This document shows positions 9,274-18,913 of a stretch of DNA of 64,000 bases, one piece after another (positions within the stretch are counted from its first letter, which is position 1; the number at the start of each line of letters is the position of its first letter). The stretch comes from Minisyncoccota bacterium (GTDB lineage: Bacteria > Patescibacteriota > Minisyncoccia > Phycocordibacterales > UBA2100). The stretch spans positions 318 to 64,317 of the forward strand of contig DATJXE010000005.1 in assembly GCA_035500505.1 (NCBI GenBank), in the 5' to 3' direction. The notes beneath the pieces are model-generated. The model was not told the origin of the DNA and ran no database searches. It worked only from the letters and a program-made list of their open reading frames with translations. The translations under genes and the position numbers were made by a program.

Positions 9274-10625
9274 TGTCCGGCGCGGCCCAACGCATCGATC
9301 GCAGTTCTGATCCTGCGTAAAGAAACTTCTTTGCCGACGGCCGACATAATAGTAAACGGGTCAGGGCTTTTTTTCTTACCCGATAGGGCATAGCGCAAGG
9401 GCCAAAGGACCTCCCCTCTCCCCTCTTTGTCGGCATAGGGCCAAATGGCCGATCTCGCTTTCTCGGCATCCGAGATGTCCGCGTCCGAAATTCCCTGGAT
9501 GAATCCTGATACGGCTTCCAAATGTTTTGCCGCAACAGCCGCAGAACTTCCTTTTTGCGAAATGTCCGAGGCGACGAGCTCCGGATCGGAGAAGAAAAAA
9601 TCCAATTCGCCGTCCGCGACCATTGTTCTCAAGTCTTGCCACGTGCTGATGCGCTCACGAACGACGTGGATGAGTTTGTGCGCGACGTTCTCGTTCCACG
9701 CGTGGTTGCGTTTTTGCAGTTCCTCTTCGAGGATACGCAAGACTTCTTCGTTGAAATCGTCCGCCCGCAGTCGTAGAAGGTGTTCCCGATTGAACCACTT
9801 AAGTTTTTCGATATCGAATATCGCGCCGGCTTTTTGCACGTGTGAAATATCGAACTGCTCGACCATTTCCTGCATCGTGAAAAGTTCTTGCTCGCCTCCC
9901 GGATTCCATCCCAGGAGCGCGAGGTAATTGACGATGGCTTCCGGGAGAAATCCTTGTGCGCGATACTCATTCACGGAGACAGCGCCGTGGCGCTTCGAGA
10001 GTTTGCTGCGGTCAGGCGCCAGGATGAGCGGGATGTGCGCGTACTGCGGCCGTTCGAATCCGAGAGCTTCAAGGATGAGTATCTGACGGGGTGTGTTGGA
10101 GATGTGGTCTTCTCCGCGGATGACGTGCGTAACGCCTGTGTCGTGGTCGTCTATCACCACGGCAAGATGGTACAGAGGGTCGGTCACGGAGCGTGCGATG
10201 ACGAAATCCTTGAGCTCGTCGGTCTTGAAGGTCACTTCCCCGCGGACAAGATCATTGAAGGTGATGGTCGTGTTGGGATTCTTGAAGCGGACGACTTTCT
10301 TGCTCGGATCGTCCGTCGCGGCTTCGGCTTCGTATGCGGCTCCCGCATCGATAAGTGTCTTGACGTATCCTCGGTAGACCGCGGTGCGCTCGGATTGCCT
10401 GCGTATGTCCGGCCAGGCGTACGGGATCTTGAGCCACTCGATGCCCTGCACGATGTCATCTTCGAACTCTTTTTTGCTGCGCTCGATGTCGGTGTCCTCG
10501 AAACGGAAGTACATCACGCCGCCGTGGTGTGCGGCAAAGAGGTAGTTGAACAGCGCGGTGCGCGCGCTGCCAATGTGGAAATATCCTGTCGGGGACGGCG
10601 GGAATCGCGTAACGACCTTGCTCAT
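9270..10625 (-). CDS. gltX: Glutamate--tRNA ligase
   Basis: TRFPPSPTGYFHIG, RFEDTD, THVIRGEDH, KLSKR. Confidence 0.96.
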   Translation of the reverse strand: MSKVVTRFPPSPTGYFHIGSARTALFNYLFAAHHGGVMYFRFEDTDIERSKKEFEDDIVQGIEWLKIPYAWPDIRRQSERTAVYRGYVKTLIDAGAAYEAEAATDDPSKKVVRFKNPNTTITFNDLVRGEVTFKTDELKDFVIARSVTDPLYHLAVVIDDHDTGVTHVIRGEDHISNTPRQILILEALGFERPQYAHIPLILAPDRSKLSKRHGAVSVNEYRAQGFLPEAIVNYLALLGWNPGGEQELFTMQEMVEQFDISHVQKAGAIFDIEKLKWFNREHLLRLRADDFNEEVLRILEEELQKRNHAWNENVAHKLIHVVRERISTWQDLRTMVADGELDFFFSDPELVASDISQKGSSAAVAAKHLEAVSGFIQGISDADISDAEKARSAIWPYADKEGRGEVLWPLRYALSGKKKSPDPFTIMSAVGKEVSLRRIRTAIDALGRAGQ

Positions 10626-11764
10626 ACGGGTTCGTGTTCCAACGACGAGTCGATGAGGACCGCGGCTATCTTGCGCGCGGCTTGCGGGCGGGCGAAGGCG
10701 CGTGCCGCTTCGCTCATCTTCCCACGCAGATCCGCGTCGTCGACAATGCGTTTGATCTCGGCGGCGAGCACGTGCGGCGTGAGATTGCGCTGTTCGATGA
10801 CGACCGCGGCGCCCGATCGGGCGTAGGAAAATGCATTCTCCGTCTGGTCGTGCGAGACGTCGGTTGGAATGGGAACCATGATTGAAGGCAATCCCCACGA
10901 AGCGATCTCAAAAATGGTTCCTGAGCCGGCGCGGGAGACGACGAGCGTCGCAATGCCGGCCGACATGCGCAGCGCGAGTGTATTCAAAAGGCCAAAGGGG
11001 GCATACCGAGCCTTGTGCGGTGAGTCTTTGAGAACGACGGCGGCAAGACGCGCGATCTGCTCGAGATTGGCGCTGCCGACCTGGTGGATGACGTTGTACG
11101 AGGCGACGAGGTCCGGAAGCGCGTCCAGCACGACCTCGTTGATGGCGACGGCACCTTGCGAACCTCCCATCACGAAGACGGTCGGAATATTCGGTTCGAG
11201 TTTTAGGAATTCATAGCCGCCTTCTTTGGTCGGAGTCTCTATCTCCTTGCGTATCGGATGTCCCGTCTGCGCGATGCGGTGGCGTATCTTTTCGGGGAAC
11301 TTCACGGCGGCTTCCGGGTGTGCGAGCGCTATCCAGCGCGCGAACTTCGCCGACCACAACGAGACGCGGCCCGGCGTTGCATCGGCATCGTATATCGCGA
11401 CGGGGATCTTCAGAAGCCGCGCGGCATAGAGGGTCGGAAATGCCGCGTAGCCGCCGGTCGAGAAGATAATGTCCGGGTAGATCGAGAAGAGCTGGAAGGT
11501 CGCCTGGACGATGCCCCAGCCGGTCGCGAACACCCCCAGAACGTTGAATATGCTGCCGTAGCGGCGCATTTTGCCCGCAGGCGAAGCGTGATACTCGATG
11601 TCGTGCTCCACGAGCGCGCGGGGATCAAAGGGAGCCGGTCCGAGGTAGATAAGTTCCGGCTCTATCAAGGTGCGCTCGCGTGAAATGTCCTGCACGGCCT
11701 CCGCGACCGCAATAAGCGGGTAAAAATGCCCTCCTGTCCCGCCACCAACCAACACTATCTTCAT
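10622..11764 (-). CDS. murG: MurG glycosyltransferase
   Basis: GGGTGGHFYP, TGGY, GGSQGA, SRAGSGT, HDQTENA. Confidence 0.96.
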   Translation of the reverse strand: MKIVLVGGGTGGHFYPLIAVAEAVQDISRERTLIEPELIYLGPAPFDPRALVEHDIEYHASPAGKMRRYGSIFNVLGVFATGWGIVQATFQLFSIYPDIIFSTGGYAAFPTLYAARLLKIPVAIYDADATPGRVSLWSAKFARWIALAHPEAAVKFPEKIRHRIAQTGHPIRKEIETPTKEGGYEFLKLEPNIPTVFVMGGSQGAVAINEVVLDALPDLVASYNVIHQVGSANLEQIARLAAVVLKDSPHKARYAPFGLLNTLALRMSAGIATLVVSRAGSGTIFEIASWGLPSIMVPIPTDVSHDQTENAFSYARSGAAVVIEQRNLTPHVLAAEIKRIVDDADLRGKMSEAARAFARPQAARKIAAVLIDSSLEHEPV

Positions 11765-11831
11765 TCGCCCTATTGTACCTCAATTTCAAAACGCTTTCCC
11801 CCGCTTGATGTGAGACTTCTCGGAACGTCCC

Positions 11832-11934
11832 CCCGCCGCAACATACTTTTCGGGGTCGGGTCGTTTTCTGCTGAAAACGCCCTGCCTCTCGCGCCAAGCG
11901 CTCCGAGACACCCCGAAAAGTATGTTGCGGCGGG
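11832..11934. repeat. Palindromic intergenic element with 25-bp perfect terminal inverted repeat
   Basis: CCCGCCGCAACATACTTTTCGGGGT (11832-11856) and its exact reverse complement (11910-11934), enclosing two small hairpins. Confidence 0.9.
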
Positions 11935-11949
11935 ATATGCGTCGACTCT

Positions 11950-13065
11950 CTACAGTTCAGGTCCGCCGCGGCGCTGGTGCCTCGAGATGTTGAGCAAGAT
12001 ACCCGCAGAAGCGAGCGAGGTCAGCATGGCGCTGCCGCCCTGGGAAACGAACGTGAGCGGGATCCCCGTAAGCGGCGCAACCCCGAGCATCGAGGCGATG
12101 TTGAAAAACGCTTCAAAGGTGAGGTATGTCGAAATGCCTATGCCGAGCAGCATGCCGAACATGTCCGGCGCGCGGGCAGCCACGTAAAATCCGCGCAACC
12201 CGAACAGAAGGAACAGAACGATAAGCCCGATGGAGCCCACGAAACCGAGCTCCTCCCCCGCGACGGCGAATATCGAGTCCCCCATCGGCTCCGGCAAATA
12301 CGTGAATTTCTGTATCCCTTGCCCCCAGCCGCGACCGAGAAGTTCGCCGGAACCAATCGCTATCAAGGATTGTTTTATCTGGTATCCCTGCGACGTCTGA
12401 TCGGCGGAGGGGTTGATGAACGTCTCCACCCGCGCGCGGATGTAGGGTGTCGTCGCCACGAGAATGCCGAGGACGAGAACGGCGGACGCTCCCACGATGA
12501 AAAGGTGCGACAAGCGCGCGCCTGCGACCCAGAAAACGGCAAAGACCGCCACGCACAAGATACCAAGTGTTCCAATGTCGGGTTGTAGGATGAGAATAGC
12601 CGCAGGAATAAGGATGATCCCCGCAAAACCGCCGAGGCCCCACGTCCACGTGCTCACTCTCGCCCGCATCGCGGTGAAGTAGGCGGCCGCGAACATGATG
12701 GAACCGACCTTCATCGCTTCGGAAGGTTGGAAAGAAACATGCGCGACGACGATCCAGCGTCGGCCGCCCAAGAGCGTCGCACCGATGTGCGGGACGAAAA
12801 CGAGCGTGGTCAATAGTATAGAAAGCACATAGAGGTATGGAGCGAAACGGCGCCAGATGCGGTAATCAATGATCGTGCACCCGACGAGCGCGACGAGCCC
12901 CGCGCCGACGCCAAGCACGAGATGGTTGAAGACGACGGACGGAATGTTGGTCGCACCGCGCGCGAGAAGTCCGAACGCCGCAGAAGCGAATATCATGCAG
13001 CCTCCGAACAAAAGTACCGCAAGGAGAAGTGCGAGCGGCGTGTCGATACGCAGTGATCTTTTCAC
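11950..13065 (-). CDS. ftsW: FtsW/RodA SEDS peptidoglycan polymerase
   Basis: RRWI, FQPSE, QPDIG, GYQIKQS, LPEPMGD, PLTGIPLTFVSQGGS; lies between mraY and murG. Confidence 0.92.
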   Translation of the reverse strand: MKRSLRIDTPLALLLAVLLFGGCMIFASAAFGLLARGATNIPSVVFNHLVLGVGAGLVALVGCTIIDYRIWRRFAPYLYVLSILLTTLVFVPHIGATLLGGRRWIVVAHVSFQPSEAMKVGSIMFAAAYFTAMRARVSTWTWGLGGFAGIILIPAAILILQPDIGTLGILCVAVFAVFWVAGARLSHLFIVGASAVLVLGILVATTPYIRARVETFINPSADQTSQGYQIKQSLIAIGSGELLGRGWGQGIQKFTYLPEPMGDSIFAVAGEELGFVGSIGLIVLFLLFGLRGFYVAARAPDMFGMLLGIGISTYLTFEAFFNIASMLGVAPLTGIPLTFVSQGGSAMLTSLASAGILLNISRHQRRGGPEL

Positions 13066-13067
13066 GG

Positions 13068-14132
13068 TTATTTTGTCGCGAGGAGCGCAATAAGAACCCC
13101 GGCGAACGCGAGCGCTATCGAAAGCACCCAGTAGCGCATGACGACCTTGTGGCCGGGCCAGCCGATGGCTTCAAAATGGTGGTGGAGTGGCGCGATACGC
13201 AACAATTTTCTGCCGAAAAGCCGTTTCCAGAGCATTTGTAGCACGTCGGAGAGGACCGTCACGACGAGAAGAGCTCCGACGACGGGCAAAACGGCAATAC
13301 CGACGCCGCCGCCGAGCTGGTCGGTCATGAAGGCGACCGTCCCGAGCGAGAGCGTGAGCGCCATTGTCCCGGTGTCGCTCATGTAAAAGCGGGCAGGCGG
13401 GATGTTGAACCACAGAAAGGCCAAGAGCCCGCCGACAATGGCGGCACAAAAGGCGGCGAGGTTTACCTGTCCGTACGAAAAGGCGATGAGCGTGTAGGCC
13501 CCGAATATCGAGGCAAATACTCCGCCGGAAAGACCGTCGATGCCGTCGATGACGCCGGAGGCGTAGAGGCACAGCGATATGAAGATGAAGAGCGGCACGA
13601 TCCCCCAGTCGAGTTGGAGTGGGGTGGAAAACGGGATGTTGATCGTCGAAACGCCGAGCTTTGACCAGAACCACCAACCAATAAGAAATGAGAGCAAGAA
13701 GACGATGAGAAGCCGGTACCGCAGCTGCATCCCCTTCCCTCCAGGACGAATGACAAGGAGGTCATCCACAAGGCCTACTCCCGCACCCACGATGAGCGTT
13801 GCGAACGGTATCCAAGTCTCGCCACGGCTCAAGAAGTTGAGGCTCGACAATCCCTCGGTCGGTATCAATATAGCGAGCGCGACTAGGATGAGAGCGCTCA
13901 GAACAACGCTCGCCCACACGACGATGCCGCCCATGCGCGGCGCTCGCGTCTCGTTGCCGTTGTGCAGTCTGTTGAACTCTTCCGCGAGCGTCCCGTAGAG
14001 CGTGTGCTTGCCGGGAGTCTTTTTCCACGCGCGGTAGCGGTAGAGGTATCCGGTGACGATGGGCGTTATGGCAAGTCCTATCAAAAAAGAAAGGGTCGCG
14101 GGCACAAGCACCCGAACAAGGTCGGAAAACAT
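13068..14132 (-). CDS. mraY: Phospho-N-acetylmuramoyl-pentapeptide transferase
   Basis: PRMGG, VDD, DGIDGL, FNIPPARFYMSDTG, APLHHHFE. Confidence 0.96.
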   Translation of the reverse strand: MFSDLVRVLVPATLSFLIGLAITPIVTGYLYRYRAWKKTPGKHTLYGTLAEEFNRLHNGNETRAPRMGGIVVWASVVLSALILVALAILIPTEGLSSLNFLSRGETWIPFATLIVGAGVGLVDDLLVIRPGGKGMQLRYRLLIVFLLSFLIGWWFWSKLGVSTINIPFSTPLQLDWGIVPLFIFISLCLYASGVIDGIDGLSGGVFASIFGAYTLIAFSYGQVNLAAFCAAIVGGLLAFLWFNIPPARFYMSDTGTMALTLSLGTVAFMTDQLGGGVGIAVLPVVGALLVVTVLSDVLQMLWKRLFGRKLLRIAPLHHHFEAIGWPGHKVVMRYWVLSIALAFAGVLIALLATK

Positions 14133-14181
14133 AGCCCTATTGTACGGCCTTGCGGGCAGCGCGCAAAACCGATCCTAGGCA

Positions 14182-14314
14182 TCGGGTAAAGGCCGTTACT
14201 TTGTCGAACTCCGTACTCATCTCAAATAGAACGTATATCACCACTGCGAAAAATACCTTGAGCAACTCGAATGTGTCACGCGCGAGGTTCGCCTAAGTAA
14301 CAGCCTTTACCCGA
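14182..14314. repeat. Intergenic long-hairpin element with 20-bp terminal inverted repeat (1 mismatch)
   Basis: TCGGGTAAAGGCCGTTACTT (14182-14201) vs AAGTAACAGCCTTTACCCGA (14295-14314); further inner pairing CGAAC/GTTCG and CTCAA/TTGAG. Confidence 0.8.
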
Positions 14315-14320
14315 AACGTC

Positions 14321-15298
14321 TTACTTCCCTCCCGCGATGGCTGCTTGCGCCGCGGGAACGAGTTGCTCCATGTCGCTGAAACGACCGTCTTCCGTCGAGC
14401 CGAGAACGACCGCGACGACCGGGTGACCGTCGCCCGCGTCGAAAACGACCGCGAGGTTGCCGCCAGCGAGATCGGTGTAGCCGGTCTTCCCCATCAAGAT
14501 GCCCGGGATGGCATCGAGCGCCGCGTCGGTATTCACCGCCGTGATGCTTTTGCCGTCTATCGTGGAACGGGTCACGCTCGTGTGAGTGGTCGCCGAGAAC
14601 GTCGAGAGGGATGTCGTCGCTGCATAAGCCATGAGGGTCGCGACATCGCGCGCCGAGCCGTATGCACCTGATTGCGTCGTCGAGAGATCGAGGCCGGAAA
14701 CGTTCAGGAAGTAAGTGTTGGTGAGCCCGAGCGCGTGGGCGAGGTCGTTCATTCGCCAAAGAGTCGGATCGCTTGCCGAAGCATCAGAATACCTTGCGAG
14801 GATCGCTGGATCGGCCGCCTGTGCGAGCAGCTCCGCACCCTCGTTGGAAGATTCGACCAAGGTCACATCGATGAGATCCTGTACGCGCCACTTAGTTCCC
14901 GCGGCGATCTGTATCGGCGCGCCGTCCGGAGTCTTATGCGCGGGGATGGTGATGACGTCACCGGGTGGGAGCACTTGTGCAACGGAGAGCATGAGAGCGA
15001 CCTTGGTGAGCGAAGCAAGCGGAAGCTGCGCGTTCTCGTTCTGTTTGTAGAGAACCTTTCCCGTATCGAGATCCAAGACGTAGGCACTTTTGGCTATCAA
15101 GGAAACCGACGAGAACGGATCAGGAGTGGAAGCCGCCGCGGCGGGCTCGCCTTTTTCAAGAGGGGTATACCACGCGCCTGCGAGCGCGTATGCGCCGAAA
15201 AATCCTACGGCGGCGAGAACGAGCAGCATGAGCGCTGTAGAAGTGGCGCGCAGCATGCGGCTCTCAATCGTTGTGGGAGTCTGCGGGTTCTGTTCCAT
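14321..15298 (-). CDS. D-alanyl-D-alanine carboxypeptidase (peptidase S11)
   Basis: SxxK (ASLTK), SSN and KTG motifs; N-terminal TM. Confidence 0.92.
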   Translation of the reverse strand: MEQNPQTPTTIESRMLRATSTALMLLVLAAVGFFGAYALAGAWYTPLEKGEPAAAASTPDPFSSVSLIAKSAYVLDLDTGKVLYKQNENAQLPLASLTKVALMLSVAQVLPPGDVITIPAHKTPDGAPIQIAAGTKWRVQDLIDVTLVESSNEGAELLAQAADPAILARYSDASASDPTLWRMNDLAHALGLTNTYFLNVSGLDLSTTQSGAYGSARDVATLMAYAATTSLSTFSATTHTSVTRSTIDGKSITAVNTDAALDAIPGILMGKTGYTDLAGGNLAVVFDAGDGHPVVAVVLGSTEDGRFSDMEQLVPAAQAAIAGGK

Positions 15299-15851
15299 GG
15301 CCGAATGGCTCGCTCGCCTGCTGAGATCTCTCGAACGCCGCCAATTCGTCGCGAATAGTAGCATATTCCGGAAGTTCTTGCGCGGAACGGACCCCGAGAT
15401 GTGCAAGAAGTTCGACCGTCGGGCGGTAGAGATACTCGCGAGCGTCTTCCGGATTGCCGGTGCGTTCGACGAGCCCGCGCGAAAGGAGCGTGCGTATCGT
15501 CGTGCTCGAATTCACGCCGCGCACGTAGTCTATTTGCGCGCGCGTCGAAGCACCTCGGTAGAGTACGATGGAAAGAACTTCGAGGCCCGCGTCCCCTATT
15601 TCCTCGCCGAGCTCTTTTTGGAACGCTTTTTCAAGGGCGCCCTGCGTTTTCGGCGCGACCGCAAGAGACAATTCCGTCTCGCTTTTGACGAGCGTTACAC
15701 CGCGTTCCGAAAGCGCCACGTCGAGCTCTTCGACGGCGCGGGAAAGCTCGTCTTGCTTGCATTCCAAGAGCTGCAGCAACTTTTTGCGCGATACCGGACC
15801 TCCTTCCGCGAAAAGGAATGCCTCGAGTCTTGTCGCGATGTCTGATGTCAT
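15264..15851 (-). CDS. scpB: SMC-Scp complex subunit ScpB
   Basis: LEAFLF, LEVLSIVLY, TRAQIDYVRGVNS, YRPT. Confidence 0.93.
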   Translation of the reverse strand: MTSDIATRLEAFLFAEGGPVSRKKLLQLLECKQDELSRAVEELDVALSERGVTLVKSETELSLAVAPKTQGALEKAFQKELGEEIGDAGLEVLSIVLYRGASTRAQIDYVRGVNSSTTIRTLLSRGLVERTGNPEDAREYLYRPTVELLAHLGVRSAQELPEYATIRDELAAFERSQQASEPFGHGTEPADSHND

Positions 15852-16576
15852 ACTCCGTATTTCGGCGTTCCCGCGGCACCCTCAAGTTCGATGGTGATGT
15901 CGCTGAAAAGTTTGTCCTGCGTAACGCTCGCGCTCCCAGAACGCACGAGCTCCAGCATCGCGAGAAAATGCACGATGCGCGATTCCCTGTCGGCTCCTTT
16001 GGTGAGGTCGCTGAAGCGGGCTTTGAACGCGCGCGTGAGGCGATCTTTGAGCGACACGATGACGTCCTCGAGCGCGAGGACCGGTGCTATGGCGGCTTGG
16101 ATCACCGTTTCCGGCTTCGGGAGCGTGTTCAAGAGGCGCTGCATCGCGGAGCGGATGGTCGATCCGTTGGCTTCAGCGGGAGAGAACACGACGGGCCGCG
16201 CGGGAGTGTGTTTCGGAAAGAATAGCGGTGCCCTCCCCCATTCCTTGCGCAAGAGCTTCGCCGCCTTGCGGAAGAGCGCGTACATCTTGAGCCGGCGTTC
16301 GAGTTCTTCGACGCTTTCTCGCTCTTCTTCGGAAAGTTCAAGGGTCGGCAGGAGCGCGCGGGATTTGATGAGGAGCAAGGTGGACGCGACGAGGATGAAT
16401 TGCGCCGTCTCTCCGAGCGGCATTTCCGGCAGCTTCTCGATGTACGCGAGATACGCGTCGCACACTTGCGAGAGCGACACGTCGGAAACGGGCATCTTCC
16501 GCTCCTCGATAAGGTCGAGGAGGGTCTCCAACGGGCCTTGGAAGGAGCCTGTCGCCAGCTCAAAACGTTCGCTCAT
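15848..16576 (-). CDS. scpA: Segregation and condensation protein ScpA
   Basis: FQGPLETLLDLI, LLLIKSRALLP, FLAMLELVR...Q..LFSDI. Confidence 0.93.
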   Translation of the reverse strand: MSERFELATGSFQGPLETLLDLIEERKMPVSDVSLSQVCDAYLAYIEKLPEMPLGETAQFILVASTLLLIKSRALLPTLELSEEERESVEELERRLKMYALFRKAAKLLRKEWGRAPLFFPKHTPARPVVFSPAEANGSTIRSAMQRLLNTLPKPETVIQAAIAPVLALEDVIVSLKDRLTRAFKARFSDLTKGADRESRIVHFLAMLELVRSGSASVTQDKLFSDITIELEGAAGTPKYGV

Positions 16577-17967
16577 GACTTTTTCTTTTTTATTTCGATA
16601 CCGAGTTCTGCGAGTTGCTCCGGGGTCAGTGGTTTCGGCGCCTTCATCACGGCGGTCTGTCCACCGCGCGTCATCGGGAATGCCTGGACCTCGCGCAGGT
16701 AGGATTCGCCCGTGAGGTTCATGAGATTTCGCTCGATACCGAGCGCGATGCCGCCGTGCGGCGGAGCGCCGTACTTGAACGCTTCGAGCATGTGTCCGAC
16801 GCGCTCCCCTGTTTCCTCTGGCGTGTATCCCATGATCTCGTACGTCGCTTTCAAAAGCTCCGGCTTATGGGTGCGAATGGAACCGCCGCCGGTTTCGAAC
16901 CCGTTGCACACCAGGTCGTATTGGGTTGTGAGGATCTCTCCGACATTCTTCTTCTTCAACAGCCATTCGACATGCTCCGGTATCGGCATCGAAAAAGGAT
17001 TATGCGTGAAGGTCCACGTACCGTCATCGTTTTTTTCGAAGAACGGGAATTTGTAGACCCACGCGTAGGCCAATACTCCCTGCGATCTCTCCTCCTCGGT
17101 CCGAAGATCGAATTTGTCGGCGCCGAATTTGGCAAGGGCCTCTTTGTGCGTAAACCGAGGGAATGGTTTTTTCTTGATCACAAAACCGAGGGCTTCCACG
17201 GTCTCGATCATCATCTCTTCGACCGTGTGCATGACGTCTTCCTGCTCGACGAATGACATTTCGATGTCGACTTGGGAGTGTTCGAAGCCGCGGTCGGCGC
17301 GGAGGTCCTCATCGCGTACCGCGCGAGCGATCTGGAAGTACCGCTCGAACCCAGCGACCATCAAGAGTTGTTTATATTGCTGTGGTGACTGCGGCAACGC
17401 ATAAAAATTCCCGGGATGCCTGCGGGACGGCACGACGAAATCACGCGAGCCTTCCGGCGTCGATTCGGTCAGAAGGGGGGTTTCGATCTCGATGAAATTA
17501 TGTGCAACAAGATATTTGCGGCACAGGCGCACGAATTCGCTGCGCAATTTCATGTTGCGCTGCATTCGCGGGCTGCGTAGATCGAGATACCGGTATTGCA
17601 AACGCGTTTCCTCGCCAACCTGCGCCGTGTCGGTCGAGATATCGAACGGCGGAGTTTCCGATTCGCTCAGTATCTCTATCTCGGTGATCTTGAGCTCAAT
17701 ATCGCCATTGTGCTTCCCCTTTTGAATATTTTTCTCCGGCCGCGCGTTCACTTCGCCGCGTATGGAAACCGCGTACTCAACGCGAGTGGTCTTGGCAGTT
17801 TCTATCGCGGCGCTTGAGGGCAAAACGACCCCCTGCACGCCTCCGCTCATGTCCCGTATGTCGAAAAATACCATCTTGCCTTGATCGCGGCGCACGCTTA
17901 TCCAGCCGCAAATGGTCACGGTTTTCCCGATGTGTTTTTTGAGGTCGCCGATGAGTACGCGTTCCAT
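16573..17967 (-). CDS. aspS: Aspartate--tRNA ligase (short form, no GAD insertion)
   Basis: OB fold, RLQYRYLDLR, STPEGSRDF, FYALPQSPQQYKQLLM, RDEDLRADR, GAPPHGGIALG. Confidence 0.95.
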   Translation of the reverse strand: MERVLIGDLKKHIGKTVTICGWISVRRDQGKMVFFDIRDMSGGVQGVVLPSSAAIETAKTTRVEYAVSIRGEVNARPEKNIQKGKHNGDIELKITEIEILSESETPPFDISTDTAQVGEETRLQYRYLDLRSPRMQRNMKLRSEFVRLCRKYLVAHNFIEIETPLLTESTPEGSRDFVVPSRRHPGNFYALPQSPQQYKQLLMVAGFERYFQIARAVRDEDLRADRGFEHSQVDIEMSFVEQEDVMHTVEEMMIETVEALGFVIKKKPFPRFTHKEALAKFGADKFDLRTEEERSQGVLAYAWVYKFPFFEKNDDGTWTFTHNPFSMPIPEHVEWLLKKKNVGEILTTQYDLVCNGFETGGGSIRTHKPELLKATYEIMGYTPEETGERVGHMLEAFKYGAPPHGGIALGIERNLMNLTGESYLREVQAFPMTRGGQTAVMKAPKPLTPEQLAELGIEIKKKKS

Positions 17968-17968
17968 A

Positions 17969-18904
17969 TTACAGTGCGACTCCGACTTTCTGCCGGACGT
18001 CGGCCATTTTTGCTGACGCGAGAGAACGCGCTTTGTCACTCGCCTCTTTCAGTATTTTGTCGACCTCTGCATCTGAAATGTTCGCACGGCGTTCGCGCAT
18101 CGGCGCGATGACCTTCTCGATGTCTTCGATGAGCGCCTCCTTACTTGCCTTGTAGTTGCCCTTGTTCGCTTTATAGACGGGGCCCAGTTCGCCCTCGCTC
18201 TTGAACAAGCGGTGGATGTTGTAGACGTTCTCGGGGCTTTCGCCGCCCGAATCGGTCACGATGGACATGACCGCTTTCGTTATCTCTTCGCGCGAACCAA
18301 AGAGCGGGATGGTATTCCCGTAGCTTTTGCTCATCTTTTTGCCGTCGGTACCGGGCACGATGGCGACCGACTTCAGAATCATTTCTTTGGGCTCTTTGAA
18401 GGCTTGCCCGAACGCATTGTTGAATTTTGTCGCGATCTCGCGCGCGTATTCGATGTGCTGCTTCTGGTCCTGCCCGACAGGCACGACGTCGCTGTCGTAG
18501 AGCAGAATGTCGCACGCCATGAGGACCGGGTAGTCGAATAGACCGACGTTGGTCTCAAGCCCGCGAGCCTCTTTGTCTTTGTACGCGTGTGCGAGTTCGA
18601 GGAACGACATCGTAACGAGGCAATTGAATATCCAGGTGAGCTCGGTGTGCTCGGGCACTTGGGATTGCTGGAACATCGTCGCCTTTTTCGGATCGATGCC
18701 GACGGCGACGTAGTCGCGAACGACATCGCGGATATTTTTGCGAAGTTCCGTGGGGTTCTTCAGCGTCGTCAACGCGTGGTAATCCGCGACCATGAGGAAG
18801 CTTTCGTATTTCTCGTACGCCTCGGCGAAGGGTTTCAGTACCCCGAAATAGTTGCCGATGTGCAGTGCGCCGGATGGTTGGAGGCCGGTAAAAAGTCTCT
18901 GCAT
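17969..18904 (-). CDS. trpS: Tryptophan--tRNA ligase
   Basis: GLQPSGALHIGNY, YPVLMACDIL, VPVGQDQKQH, KMSKS. Confidence 0.97.
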   Translation of the reverse strand: MQRLFTGLQPSGALHIGNYFGVLKPFAEAYEKYESFLMVADYHALTTLKNPTELRKNIRDVVRDYVAVGIDPKKATMFQQSQVPEHTELTWIFNCLVTMSFLELAHAYKDKEARGLETNVGLFDYPVLMACDILLYDSDVVPVGQDQKQHIEYAREIATKFNNAFGQAFKEPKEMILKSVAIVPGTDGKKMSKSYGNTIPLFGSREEITKAVMSIVTDSGGESPENVYNIHRLFKSEGELGPVYKANKGNYKASKEALIEDIEKVIAPMRERRANISDAEVDKILKEASDKARSLASAKMADVRQKVGVAL

Positions 18905-18913
18905 GAGCACTCA

